Origin: Bdellovibrionales bacterium
Lineage (GTDB): Bacteria; Bdellovibrionota; Bdellovibrionia; Bdellovibrionales; UBA1609
NCBI GenBank assembly: GCA_027317865.1
Contig: DAHVQG010000016.1
Location: forward strand, 1 to 53,930
DNA: 53,930 bases
Direction of reading: 5' to 3'
A program made the translations under genes and the position numbers. Position 1 is the stretch's first letter. Each line of letters begins with the position of its first letter. Under the pieces are notes generated by a model. It ran no database searches, was not told the origin of the DNA, and saw only the letters and a program-made list of their open reading frames with translations. Below, in pieces: positions 8,988 to 18,053 of this stretch.

Positions 8988-9641
8988 ATGCCTTCGCAAA
9001 ATAACCTACCGACATGGGCTGCGGATGCCGCAGCCGCCATATTGCAGACTGTATTAAAAAAGGACCCCTTTACGTTTTTCCATTGTTGCCGCGTCGGCCA
9101 GGCAACCCGTAAACTCGGTCGTGCGATGGGCGTCCCTGAGTTTGAACTCGCTATCATGGAATATTCCGGTCTCTTTCATGATGTCGGCAAGGTGGGTATT
9201 CCCGAAAGTGTTCTTTTGAAGCCCGGCAGGCTCAGCGACGAAGAAACAATATTGATGCGCAATCATGCGGAAATGAGCGTTGAAATTATACGCCCTCTTA
9301 CCAAACATCCGTTTTTCCGATTTCTGTTGCCGGGCGTCCGGTACCACCATGAAAGATTCGACGGCAAAGGTTACCCCTTTGGTCTCAAGGGTGAAAAAAT
9401 CCCGCTCATCGCCCGCACGATTGCCATCGTTGATGCGGTCGATGCGATGATGAACACCCGACCTTATCGAAAAGGCTTAAGTTGGGATTTTGTCAAAAAA
9501 GAACTCGTCGATTGCAGCGGAACGCAATTCGACTCTAATCTTGTTCAAGTTTATTTAAGTGCGGTTGCGGCCGGCCAATTTGACGACGAAAAACCCGCGG
9601 CCGATGAAATTGTTGTACCGTACATCTTAAAAGCCGCGTAA
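8988..9641 (+). CDS. Stand-alone HD-GYP domain phosphodiesterase (cyclic dinucleotide turnover)
   Basis: HDVGK, HHERFDGKGYP, IAIVDAVDAM, RPYRK, GTQFD. Confidence 0.9.
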   Translation: MPSQNNLPTWAADAAAAILQTVLKKDPFTFFHCCRVGQATRKLGRAMGVPEFELAIMEYSGLFHDVGKVGIPESVLLKPGRLSDEETILMRNHAEMSVEIIRPLTKHPFFRFLLPGVRYHHERFDGKGYPFGLKGEKIPLIARTIAIVDAVDAMMNTRPYRKGLSWDFVKKELVDCSGTQFDSNLVQVYLSAVAAGQFDDEKPAADEIVVPYILKAA

Positions 9642-9660
9642 TCGCGATACAAATGTCAAA

Positions 9661-12315
9661 TTAAAGCAGATTGAGCGGGCGAGCGAGCCATTTACCCGTT
9701 TCGCTCCGTACATTTTTGGCCACGGCTTCAGGCGTACCGCATGCTACAATTTCACCACCAGCGTTCCCGCCTTCGGGGCCCAAATCAATCAACCAGTCAC
9801 AGGATTTCATCACATCCAGATTGTGCTCGATCACGACGACCGTATTGCCTTGTTCAACGAGTCCCTGAAGAAGTTCGATCAACTTCTTGATATCGTCAAA
9901 GTGCAAACCCGTCGTAGGCTCATCTAGTATGTATAAAGTTTTACCCGTACCGCGCTTTGAAAGTTCACGAGAAAGTTTAATCCTTTGTGCCTCGCCACCT
10001 GATAAAGTGGTTGAACTTTGCCCAAGCGACAGATAGTCAAGCCCGACCCGATGGAGGGTTTCAAGTTTTCGATGAATAACCGGATGATGGCGAAAAAACT
10101 CGAGTGCTTCGGCAATCGTCATTTTGAGCACGTCGGCAATCGATTTGTCTTTGTATTTCACCGACCGCGTTTCAGGATTATATCGGGTACCCTGGCAAGT
10201 TTCGCACGTCACATAGACGTCAGAAAGAAAATGCATTTCGACCCGGACCATTCCACCGCCCTCGCACGCTTCGCAACGCCCACCTTTGACGTTGAAACTA
10301 AACTGCCCCGGTTTATACCCGCGGATTTTTGCATCCGGCAGATTGGCGAATAGGTCGCGCACTAATGTAAATAGACCAACGTACGTCGAGGGTGTGGATC
10401 TCGGCGTGCGACCAATCGGTTTCTGATTGATTTGAATCACCCGATCAATATGCTCCAAACCTTCAATTTTATTACACGGAGCCGGTCGAATATTCGGATT
10501 ATTAAACTCTTTAGCTACCGCCCGATAAAGAGTGTCGATAATCAACGTCGATTTACCACTCCCCGAAACGCCGGTGATTCCGCACAGTGTCCCTAAAGGA
10601 ATTTCAAGATTCACATTTTTTAAATTATTGCCGGTTGCGCCGAGCACACGTAATTGAAGACCCGAACCTGGCCGCCGTCGAGGGGGTAGCCCGATGCGCA
10701 TTCGCCCGCTCAAATATTGTCCTGTTAAACTGCGTTCCGATCGCGATATTTCTTCAGGAGTTCCGGCCGCGATCACTTCGCCGCCCAAACGTCCGGCCCC
10801 GGGGCCGATATCAATGACGTAATCCGCCGAACGGATCGTTTCTTCATCGTGTTCGACAAGTAAAACCGTGTTGCCGCGATCACGTAACTCCCGCAATATT
10901 TCAAGCAACCGATGGTGATCGCGCGGATGGAGCCCAATGCTTGGTTCATCTAATACATATAAAATACCGACAAGACTTGATCCCACTTGCGTCGCGAGCC
11001 GAATCCGCTGCACTTCACCGCCCGACAAGGTGCGCGTTGGACGATCCATCGACAAATATCCCGTCCCCACGCGCAACATATATTTTAAACGCATTATAAT
11101 CTGTTTGACGATTTTATCAGCGACCAGCTGGTCTCGGTCTGCAAATCTTATGTTACCTAAAAAATCGTGCAGTTCCGTGGCTGAAAGATGCGATAATTCG
11201 ACGATATTGCGGTCTTCCACAAAAACATTGAGCGCTTCACGCCTCAGCCGCGCACCCTTACAATCTGGGCAGGTTTCGTAACCCCCTCCTTCATCGTCGC
11301 TCGCATCGTCATCGGCGTCGTCGGAAAGTTGACTGGATTTCATTTCGTCCTGGGCAAAACTCACGAGTGATCCGTCTTCACCGTCCCATCCCCCTTCGTC
11401 TAAATCCCCGCCGACGACACCCAGACCGTGACACGTCGGACACGCTCCTCGCGGATTATTAAAACTGAAAAACCGCGGTTCCATTTCAGGAAAGCTAAAA
11501 GCGCAAATCGGACACGCGCGATGAATTGAATAAATTTGCCGCTCGCCGGGATTCATAGTTCGTGACGAGCCCGAAGCCGCCGAACGGATTGTTTCTATAA
11601 CGACAAGGCCATTAGACAAGCTGAGTGCACGATTTATACTGTCGCGTAATCGCGGTAAAAAACGATCTTCGTTTACCAATTGATCAATCACCAAATCGAT
11701 GTCATGGCGTTTATGTTTCTCAAGTTTGCGTGCTTTATCGAGGTCGACCCACACTCCATCAATTTTAGCTCGAACAAAACCTTTTCTGAGCCATTTTTGA
11801 AACTCGGCTAAATATTCACCCTTTTCACTCTGCGCCATTGGGGCGAGCACAATAAATTTCGCACCGGCCGGTATCTTACGTATTTCTTCGACGATTTGCT
11901 CAGGTCGTGTTGAGCTCACCGGCACATGATGAATGGGGCAATTTGGGCGCCCGACTCGCGCAAACAAGAGACGCATGAAATCATAAATTTCAGTGACTGT
12001 TCCCACCGTGGAACGTGGGTTCGTTGAAATCGATTGCTGGTCGATTGCTATGGCCGGCGAAAGACCGGTGATACTGTCGACCGCAGGTTTTTCGAGCTGC
12101 TCCATAAAATTGCGCGCATATGCGGACAAACTCTCGACATAACGGCGCTGCCCCTCAGCGTAGATCGTATCGAACGCGATGGTTGATTTGCCGGAGCCGC
12201 TCAGTCCTGTGATGACCGACAATTTTCGCCGCGGGATGCGAATATCGACACCCTTAAGATTGTGCCCTCGAGCGCCTTTGACGACTATGAAGTTTCTTTC
12301 TGACAATTCGGACAT
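9661..12315 (-). CDS. uvrA: Excinuclease ABC subunit A
   Basis: Two Walker A motifs (GLSGSGKS, GVSGSGKS), two LSGGE signatures, LDEP motifs, zinc fingers, EGQRRYVESLS. Confidence 0.97.
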   Translation of the reverse strand: MSELSERNFIVVKGARGHNLKGVDIRIPRRKLSVITGLSGSGKSTIAFDTIYAEGQRRYVESLSAYARNFMEQLEKPAVDSITGLSPAIAIDQQSISTNPRSTVGTVTEIYDFMRLLFARVGRPNCPIHHVPVSSTRPEQIVEEIRKIPAGAKFIVLAPMAQSEKGEYLAEFQKWLRKGFVRAKIDGVWVDLDKARKLEKHKRHDIDLVIDQLVNEDRFLPRLRDSINRALSLSNGLVVIETIRSAASGSSRTMNPGERQIYSIHRACPICAFSFPEMEPRFFSFNNPRGACPTCHGLGVVGGDLDEGGWDGEDGSLVSFAQDEMKSSQLSDDADDDASDDEGGGYETCPDCKGARLRREALNVFVEDRNIVELSHLSATELHDFLGNIRFADRDQLVADKIVKQIIMRLKYMLRVGTGYLSMDRPTRTLSGGEVQRIRLATQVGSSLVGILYVLDEPSIGLHPRDHHRLLEILRELRDRGNTVLLVEHDEETIRSADYVIDIGPGAGRLGGEVIAAGTPEEISRSERSLTGQYLSGRMRIGLPPRRRPGSGLQLRVLGATGNNLKNVNLEIPLGTLCGITGVSGSGKSTLIIDTLYRAVAKEFNNPNIRPAPCNKIEGLEHIDRVIQINQKPIGRTPRSTPSTYVGLFTLVRDLFANLPDAKIRGYKPGQFSFNVKGGRCEACEGGGMVRVEMHFLSDVYVTCETCQGTRYNPETRSVKYKDKSIADVLKMTIAEALEFFRHHPVIHRKLETLHRVGLDYLSLGQSSTTLSGGEAQRIKLSRELSKRGTGKTLYILDEPTTGLHFDDIKKLIELLQGLVEQGNTVVVIEHNLDVMKSCDWLIDLGPEGGNAGGEIVACGTPEAVAKNVRSETGKWLARPLNLL

Positions 12316-12794
12316 AAACCATATAGTTCTAGCACATGGCCGGTCAGAAGAAACCCATTATTGCGCGCCACAAGGTCTTGAAGCGCTTCGATGTCACGAT
12401 TTTCAAACTCAACGATGCGCCCGCAAGACGTACAGGCTAAGTGATCGTGATGCGCTCGTGGAGTCAGTTCGTACCGGGCCGGCAAACCACCCATACGGAC
12501 TTCGGTGACAAAGCCGTTAACAGCCAATTGCTTTAATAATCTGTACACCGTCGCAAACCCTATTTCAGGGTGGGCGCGGTTGACACGATCGTAAACATCT
12601 TGTGCGGTCGCATGGATACGACTTCGAGCCAATACTTCTAATATTATAAGCCGTTGCTCCGTCACTTTGAGATGCATATCCCGCAAAATGCGTTTTAACG
12701 ACTCTTTGTCGACTTGATCGCGATGAAAACGATCGCCAGTCGAATCTTTGGCTGGATCCGATGCTAAATTACCGCGGCCGGTCTGAAGTTTCAT
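12285..12794 (-). CDS. fur: Fur-family metalloregulator
   Basis: TEQR, ATVYRLL, HHDHLACTSCG, C-terminal CPNC. Subfamily (Fur/Zur/PerR) not resolvable by eye. Confidence 0.88.
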   Translation of the reverse strand: MKLQTGRGNLASDPAKDSTGDRFHRDQVDKESLKRILRDMHLKVTEQRLIILEVLARSRIHATAQDVYDRVNRAHPEIGFATVYRLLKQLAVNGFVTEVRMGGLPARYELTPRAHHDHLACTSCGRIVEFENRDIEALQDLVARNNGFLLTGHVLELYGLCPNCQKETS

Positions 12795-12800
12795 CGCAAG

Positions 12801-13724
12801 TCACTCAATTCGATATCCGCCGGGCCTACCTTTAACTACTTTTGCTACGGCCGAATGAGGATGCAAACTTTCTTGATGTTCAACTTCAATGGAATAATCA
12901 AGATAAGCGTCTGAAGATTCTAGCGCCGCTCGCAATTTGCGGGCAGCATCTTCACAAAACATAAGGTTCTCGCCGTTCAACCGGGCAAATTCCTGTTCGT
13001 CGACCCGCTTAACCGCCGCTTGCACGGGTGTTCCGAGTGCGCTTTCAGCGTGATCGATAACGGAAATCCATTCTGCAAAGCCCACGTTTTGTGGGTCGGC
13101 CAATTCAACAGCCAATTTCGCTATACTGCGCTGCGCATGCGGAGTTGCAATTTTCACTTTTTCGCTCGTCAACCAATCCGCCACAGTATCAAGATCCAAT
13201 TCCTTCCCAGCATGAGCTTCGACAAACTGGCCACGAACGAGCTCGCGCGCAAGCGCTGCTGAACACGGGCAAGTGCTGCTATAAAGAATTTCAGTTGAAA
13301 AGAAAAGACGGAAATCCTCTTCGATTACCCCACGCAAATTCACCGGATAAAGCCGATGCCCTGGTTCACCACTGAGCAATCCGGCCCGCTCAACCGGTAG
13401 TTGAAATTGCACGCTAATTTCCGCCGCCCGGCTGAGCTGCGAATGCCCGGCTAAAAATTGCCGGAGCAACACATGAAGTGTCTTTCCGCAGAGTGGCTGT
13501 TTGCGAAGAACCTCGACAAGATCGAGGTAAAGGCGCGACATATGAATGCCGCGCGCTTCACTTTTATCGAGGCTCACAAAGGCATCGATTCGCGCCGGCA
13601 GGGTCAAACCGTTCAACAATACGGGCATTTCAATCTTTTGCATTCCCACACGCGAGATCGGAGCGCCAAATACGGGCCGAGTCATGACGGATACGTCAGG
13701 TAAAGTGTCTTTTCGAAGATCCAT
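12801..13724 (-). CDS. folE2: GTP cyclohydrolase IB (FolE2/MptA family)
   Basis: RGIHMSRL, YSSTCPCS, HAQRS, KRVDEQEFA, MFCEDAAR, ESLHPHSA. Start placed at ATG 13724 (MDLRKDTLPDV); the track ORF extends to 13826. Confidence 0.93.
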   Translation of the reverse strand: MDLRKDTLPDVSVMTRPVFGAPISRVGMQKIEMPVLLNGLTLPARIDAFVSLDKSEARGIHMSRLYLDLVEVLRKQPLCGKTLHVLLRQFLAGHSQLSRAAEISVQFQLPVERAGLLSGEPGHRLYPVNLRGVIEEDFRLFFSTEILYSSTCPCSAALARELVRGQFVEAHAGKELDLDTVADWLTSEKVKIATPHAQRSIAKLAVELADPQNVGFAEWISVIDHAESALGTPVQAAVKRVDEQEFARLNGENLMFCEDAARKLRAALESSDAYLDYSIEVEHQESLHPHSAVAKVVKGRPGGYRIE

Positions 13725-13841
13725 AACGCGCAGTTTTACCAGAGAAATTCCAACCTGAACATTGTTATTCATAAAAGTTGAAAAAACTAAAAAATTCGCG
13801 GAGATTCTATTGGTTACCGCTGACATAAAACAGGAGGAATT

Positions 13842-14678
13842 TTGAAGCTATTAAAGGTGCTCTCGTCTCTGGCTTTGCTGTTAACTGTTTTTTGGGGTGT
13901 GAATTCTTTTGCGACAACGGGAATTCAAAAACCTAAAATAGCGAAAAAGAAGCCGCTTATTACCGATACCTACGACCAAAACAACGGAATATTTACAAAG
14001 GTTTTACAACAAGCCGTCGTCATGCATGGGGCCTTTTCAAAGGTGCGGTACAAGTGGCTGCAAAATCACCAAGACAAATATTTTCTCTTATATTTGCGCA
14101 ATTTACAGTTTGTCGCCCCTGCGACATATAATTCGTGGACCAAAAACGAAAAAGAGGCATTTCTTATTAATGCCTACAACGCGCTTATTTTAAAGATGAT
14201 CGTCGACAACTACCCGGTTAAATCGATCAAAAAAATGGGCAGTATGTTTGCCCACCCATTTAAAATGCAATATATCGCACTACTTTGGAGAAATTTGTCG
14301 CTGGATAACATTCAAAACATGCTTCTCAAATTTCATGATCCAAGAGTTTTCTTCGCCCTCAACAGGGCCTCGATCGGATCTCCGGAATTGCTCAATAAAG
14401 CTTACGTTGCCAGCCACCTCAACAAACAATTGAACGAACAAGCGCGCCTTTTTTTGCGCGACGGCGTCAGAAATAAAATTGACGTGGCAAACAAAACCTT
14501 GAAACTTTCGAAAATATTTGATTGGTACAAGACCGATTTTACTAAAAAAGCGGGATCGGTTGAAAGATTCATTGCTCCGTACATCACGAATAATCCGGCC
14601 GTGCGAAAAGAATTGATGAACAATAAATTTAAAATAAGTTACACAACCTACGATTGGAAATTAAATGAAGCCAAATAA
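13842..14678 (+). CDS. Exported DUF547-domain protein
   Basis: TTG start with SD AGGAGG, signal peptide, AFLINAYNAL, DPRVFFALN, LSKIFDWY, YDWKLN. Confidence 0.85.
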   Translation: MKLLKVLSSLALLLTVFWGVNSFATTGIQKPKIAKKKPLITDTYDQNNGIFTKVLQQAVVMHGAFSKVRYKWLQNHQDKYFLLYLRNLQFVAPATYNSWTKNEKEAFLINAYNALILKMIVDNYPVKSIKKMGSMFAHPFKMQYIALLWRNLSLDNIQNMLLKFHDPRVFFALNRASIGSPELLNKAYVASHLNKQLNEQARLFLRDGVRNKIDVANKTLKLSKIFDWYKTDFTKKAGSVERFIAPYITNNPAVRKELMNNKFKISYTTYDWKLNEAK

Positions 14679-16794
14679 ACCGTCCCGAGTCCGCTCCTTT
14701 CTCGAACTTACAATTTCAACGATCGTCGTATTTACGGTCTTGCGCTATATATTCTATTTACGATTTAACGCGAGCGAAATTGGCGCTTCAAGCGGCGCCC
14801 ATGTCACAATGGCAAAGCTTCTCGAAGCCTATTGGATTGGGTTGCGATTTGACGCACGAGTCGCCATTTTGGTAGCCCTCCCAATTTTACTGGTGTCTCT
14901 GATCCCCTGGTTCCATTGGAATTTTTCAAATATCGGGCACAAAATTTGGACGGCGGTTTATACAGTGGCCTATTCATTTATCGCGCTTATTTTCATGGCT
15001 GATTTTGGGTTTTACGCCTACCTCAATGCACGCATAAACGTTACCGTATTGCAGTTTCTCAGCAATCCACGCACATCTTGGGGCATGATCAACGAGACCT
15101 ATCATGCCTGGGCCCTCCTTATTCTTTTGGCCATTATGGCAGTCGGTTTTTGGTATTATTTTTCACATCGCATTTTCAAACGAAGCGCTCCGGCAACTGG
15201 AGCCACAACCGAAACAAGCAACCAAACAGTTGCTCCAAAAGCCAGGCCGTTGGTGTGGCGAATCTCCTCAGGTATTGCCTTGTTTGTCATCATTCTTTTT
15301 GGACTCTGGGGTAACGCCGGCCAGTACCCACTGCGCTGGAGTGATGCGTATTATACCCAAGACATGTTTCTGTCTTATCTGGCAATGAACCCCGTCCACT
15401 ACTTTTTAGATAGCATCAATAGCCTCAATCAGACATTTAGCACGAAAAAGACGCGCGCCCATTATACCCAAATGGCCGATTATCTCGGCGTGCCCCTTGC
15501 CAAGCGAAATATTAAAAAGTTGGCCTATGCTCGTCCGCTTGTGGCGACCTCGCCAGCACTTTTGAAAAAGTACGGGTTTGATCTCAGCAAACTTCATGGC
15601 CGTAAACCGAATATTATCTATATGGTTGAAGAATCGCTTGCCGCATTTAAAACGACGATGTTTGGCAACTCTCCCGAGGCCACGCCGTATATCAATAAAA
15701 TCGCCATGCACGGTTGGTTGTTTCGCAATTTCTATACCCCCACAGAAGGGACGGCGCGTTCACTATTTTGTATACTTTCGGGCATTCCCGACATTGATTC
15801 AAAAAGTACATCGAGCCGTAACCCCCTTCTCGTGAGCCAACACACGCTCATCAATTATTTGAAAGGCTACGACAAATATTACTTCATCGGTGGCAGCGCA
15901 ACCTGGGGTAACATTCGCGGTGTTTGGATGAACAACGTCAAAGGCCTCAAAATGTATCAAGGCACTATTAATTTGCCAGGTCCGCGCACCGATGTTTGGG
16001 GTTTATCCGATCTCGATCTTTTCCGTGCCGCCATTAAAGTATTGGCTGCGCGCAAATCCAAACGGCCGTTTTTTGCGCTCATTCAGTCGGCTAGCTTCCA
16101 CCGGCCGTTCACAATCCCTAAAGACCACGGCACGCTCAAAATTCAGCATTTAACAGCCGCACAGATGAAACCGCTTGGCATTCATAATAATAAACAATGG
16201 AATTCACTACGATTTGCGGATTACAGCGTGGGGCAATTTTTCAAAATGCTCAAAAAGCAACCGTTTTACAAAAGAACGATCGTTATGATTCACGGCGATC
16301 ACGGGCTGCCTCACCATCAAGCGGCCAACGTTAAGCCAGGAGTAAAATATTTCGGCATCAACCGGTTTCAAGTGCCGTTTATTATTTCATCGCCGCTCAT
16401 TACAAAACCGCATCAGTTCAACCGTATGATGCTTGAACCGGATGTGTGGCCGACTATTTTGGGTATACTCGGCGTCAAAGGAACGAATACGGCTTTTGGT
16501 CGCAATGTTTTTGACATTCCAAAAGGTACGCCTCACTTTGCGTGGAGTTACGTTTGGTATTCCGACCCGTTGCAAATGTATCTCTACAATCAAAAATACC
16601 TAGTTGCCGCGACTACTAAACATGTTCAGGGCCTCTATGCGTACACGAGCAACCACAACCCGACTGTGAATGTCGCGAGTCAGCACCCCAAAACGTTTAA
16701 AGTGATGACTAGCTACCTTAAAGGCGTTTATCAGACCGCTCGATACATGCTGTATCACAATCATCATTTGGACGCGGCACGGGTGATGCCGTAA
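14665..16794 (+). CDS. LTA synthase / phosphoglycerol-transferase family membrane enzyme (sulfatase fold)
   Basis: About 5 N-terminal TM helices, PNIIYMVEES, catalytic Thr in EGTARS, SFHRPF, GDHG. Confidence 0.88.
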   Translation: MKPNKPSRVRSFLELTISTIVVFTVLRYIFYLRFNASEIGASSGAHVTMAKLLEAYWIGLRFDARVAILVALPILLVSLIPWFHWNFSNIGHKIWTAVYTVAYSFIALIFMADFGFYAYLNARINVTVLQFLSNPRTSWGMINETYHAWALLILLAIMAVGFWYYFSHRIFKRSAPATGATTETSNQTVAPKARPLVWRISSGIALFVIILFGLWGNAGQYPLRWSDAYYTQDMFLSYLAMNPVHYFLDSINSLNQTFSTKKTRAHYTQMADYLGVPLAKRNIKKLAYARPLVATSPALLKKYGFDLSKLHGRKPNIIYMVEESLAAFKTTMFGNSPEATPYINKIAMHGWLFRNFYTPTEGTARSLFCILSGIPDIDSKSTSSRNPLLVSQHTLINYLKGYDKYYFIGGSATWGNIRGVWMNNVKGLKMYQGTINLPGPRTDVWGLSDLDLFRAAIKVLAARKSKRPFFALIQSASFHRPFTIPKDHGTLKIQHLTAAQMKPLGIHNNKQWNSLRFADYSVGQFFKMLKKQPFYKRTIVMIHGDHGLPHHQAANVKPGVKYFGINRFQVPFIISSPLITKPHQFNRMMLEPDVWPTILGILGVKGTNTAFGRNVFDIPKGTPHFAWSYVWYSDPLQMYLYNQKYLVAATTKHVQGLYAYTSNHNPTVNVASQHPKTFKVMTSYLKGVYQTARYMLYHNHHLDAARVMP

Positions 16795-16814
16795 CCGAAC
16801 AATAGATTTCTGGC

Positions 16815-17939
16815 CTAGCAATCCGCTAGGCCAAGAGCACACAGATCGTCGGGCGATAAGAGCCCCTTATAAACCTCGGCGATCCAAGCCCAATTCGTAG
16901 CCGGTTGATGTGAGCGGCTAACATCCGTCGAATGCTCCATCGTTGAACTGTGTTCGGATACGGGCAAACCGGCGGCAGACAAAAAATAGTTAAATTGCGT
17001 GCGTAATATATCCGGCGAATCAACCCAGATTTCGATTTGCGCAAAAAGGTCCAACGTTAAATTGCGAGGCAATTTATCTACCAATTCCGCTGATTTGTGC
17101 GGCGGTTTCGAATTATCGGCTTTACTCAAAAGCGGCAACGTCGCGAGGCCCAAAAATAACGACCACGAACAAAAAACCCGATAATCTTTACGCTCAAGCG
17201 GGATGGCTTCGATATACCTCATCGCCCCGACGGCGTTTCGGCCTAAACTTGCAAAAAGTTCGGATCGCGACGGCACAAGAAATCGCCCTTCGGCTTCGTC
17301 TCGGACCTGATCTTTGAGCAAATTCACTTTTTGCAGAAAAAGACCAAAATGGTGGGAGTCAACGACAAGATCGCGACGTAACTCCATTTGCGAGCCCACC
17401 GCACGTAACAGTTTTGAGAGCGTCTCGCCAACGAGGCCGGCCACAAAAAAACAATATTGATTCACTTCAGCTAAACCAATGAGCCGCACCCGACCGTCGT
17501 TTGAGCGAGCACAAAAATGGCGCATACCTTCAGACATTGCCCCCACAAGGGCAAGAATAGGCGAGCGAATTTCTTCTGGTGCGCAGTGAAGGTCGTGCAG
17601 GATTCTTCCGGTGTCGTTGAGCAAAAGCCGTTCACCTTCAGGTATAGTAGCCGGAAACGACTGCATCCATCCGTCCAGCTCTTTTGACTCGACTTCTGGC
17701 GAGATTTTATGCTCGACGAGTTTGCGAAAAACCTCAAACGAATGAAATTGCGATCGCCGCTCTGACCAAGTCGCATCTTCGACGGTATCAAGGATTCGAC
17801 AAAGAAGGTACGTCAAGCTCACCCAAGACCGTAGCGGCGTCTCAAGGCGCGCAATACAGGCAGCAAAACTGCGGCTCACTCGATTTAAATGCTCCTGATA
17901 AAATTCAGTCGCGCCTTTTAATGTCGGCATGTTCCGCAC
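16815..17939 (-). CDS. Squalene/phytoene synthase family, single-subunit squalene synthase-like
   Basis: VSRSF, YLLCRILDTVED, YCFFVAGLVG, GLFLQKVNLLKD..D...GR. Confidence 0.85.
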   Translation of the reverse strand: MRNMPTLKGATEFYQEHLNRVSRSFAACIARLETPLRSWVSLTYLLCRILDTVEDATWSERRSQFHSFEVFRKLVEHKISPEVESKELDGWMQSFPATIPEGERLLLNDTGRILHDLHCAPEEIRSPILALVGAMSEGMRHFCARSNDGRVRLIGLAEVNQYCFFVAGLVGETLSKLLRAVGSQMELRRDLVVDSHHFGLFLQKVNLLKDQVRDEAEGRFLVPSRSELFASLGRNAVGAMRYIEAIPLERKDYRVFCSWSLFLGLATLPLLSKADNSKPPHKSAELVDKLPRNLTLDLFAQIEIWVDSPDILRTQFNYFLSAAGLPVSEHSSTMEHSTDVSRSHQPATNWAWIAEVYKGLLSPDDLCALGLADC

Positions 17940-18018
17940 GTCAGCATTAGGTTACAGACAGCCTCACGACTATCGTCTTCGGCCGACGCCTCCTCGTGGC
18001 TATACAGTATGGAGTGTC

Positions 18019-18047
18019 TTGGCTCGATGAGCAAGCAGTGCTATAAA
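18019..18047 (+). promoter_or_regulatory. Sigma70-type promoter of sucAB-lpdA
   Basis: TTGGCT-N17-TATAAA with extended -10 TG. ATG 18054 follows 6 nt later without an SD. Confidence 0.45.
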
Positions 18048-18053
18048 AAAAGC

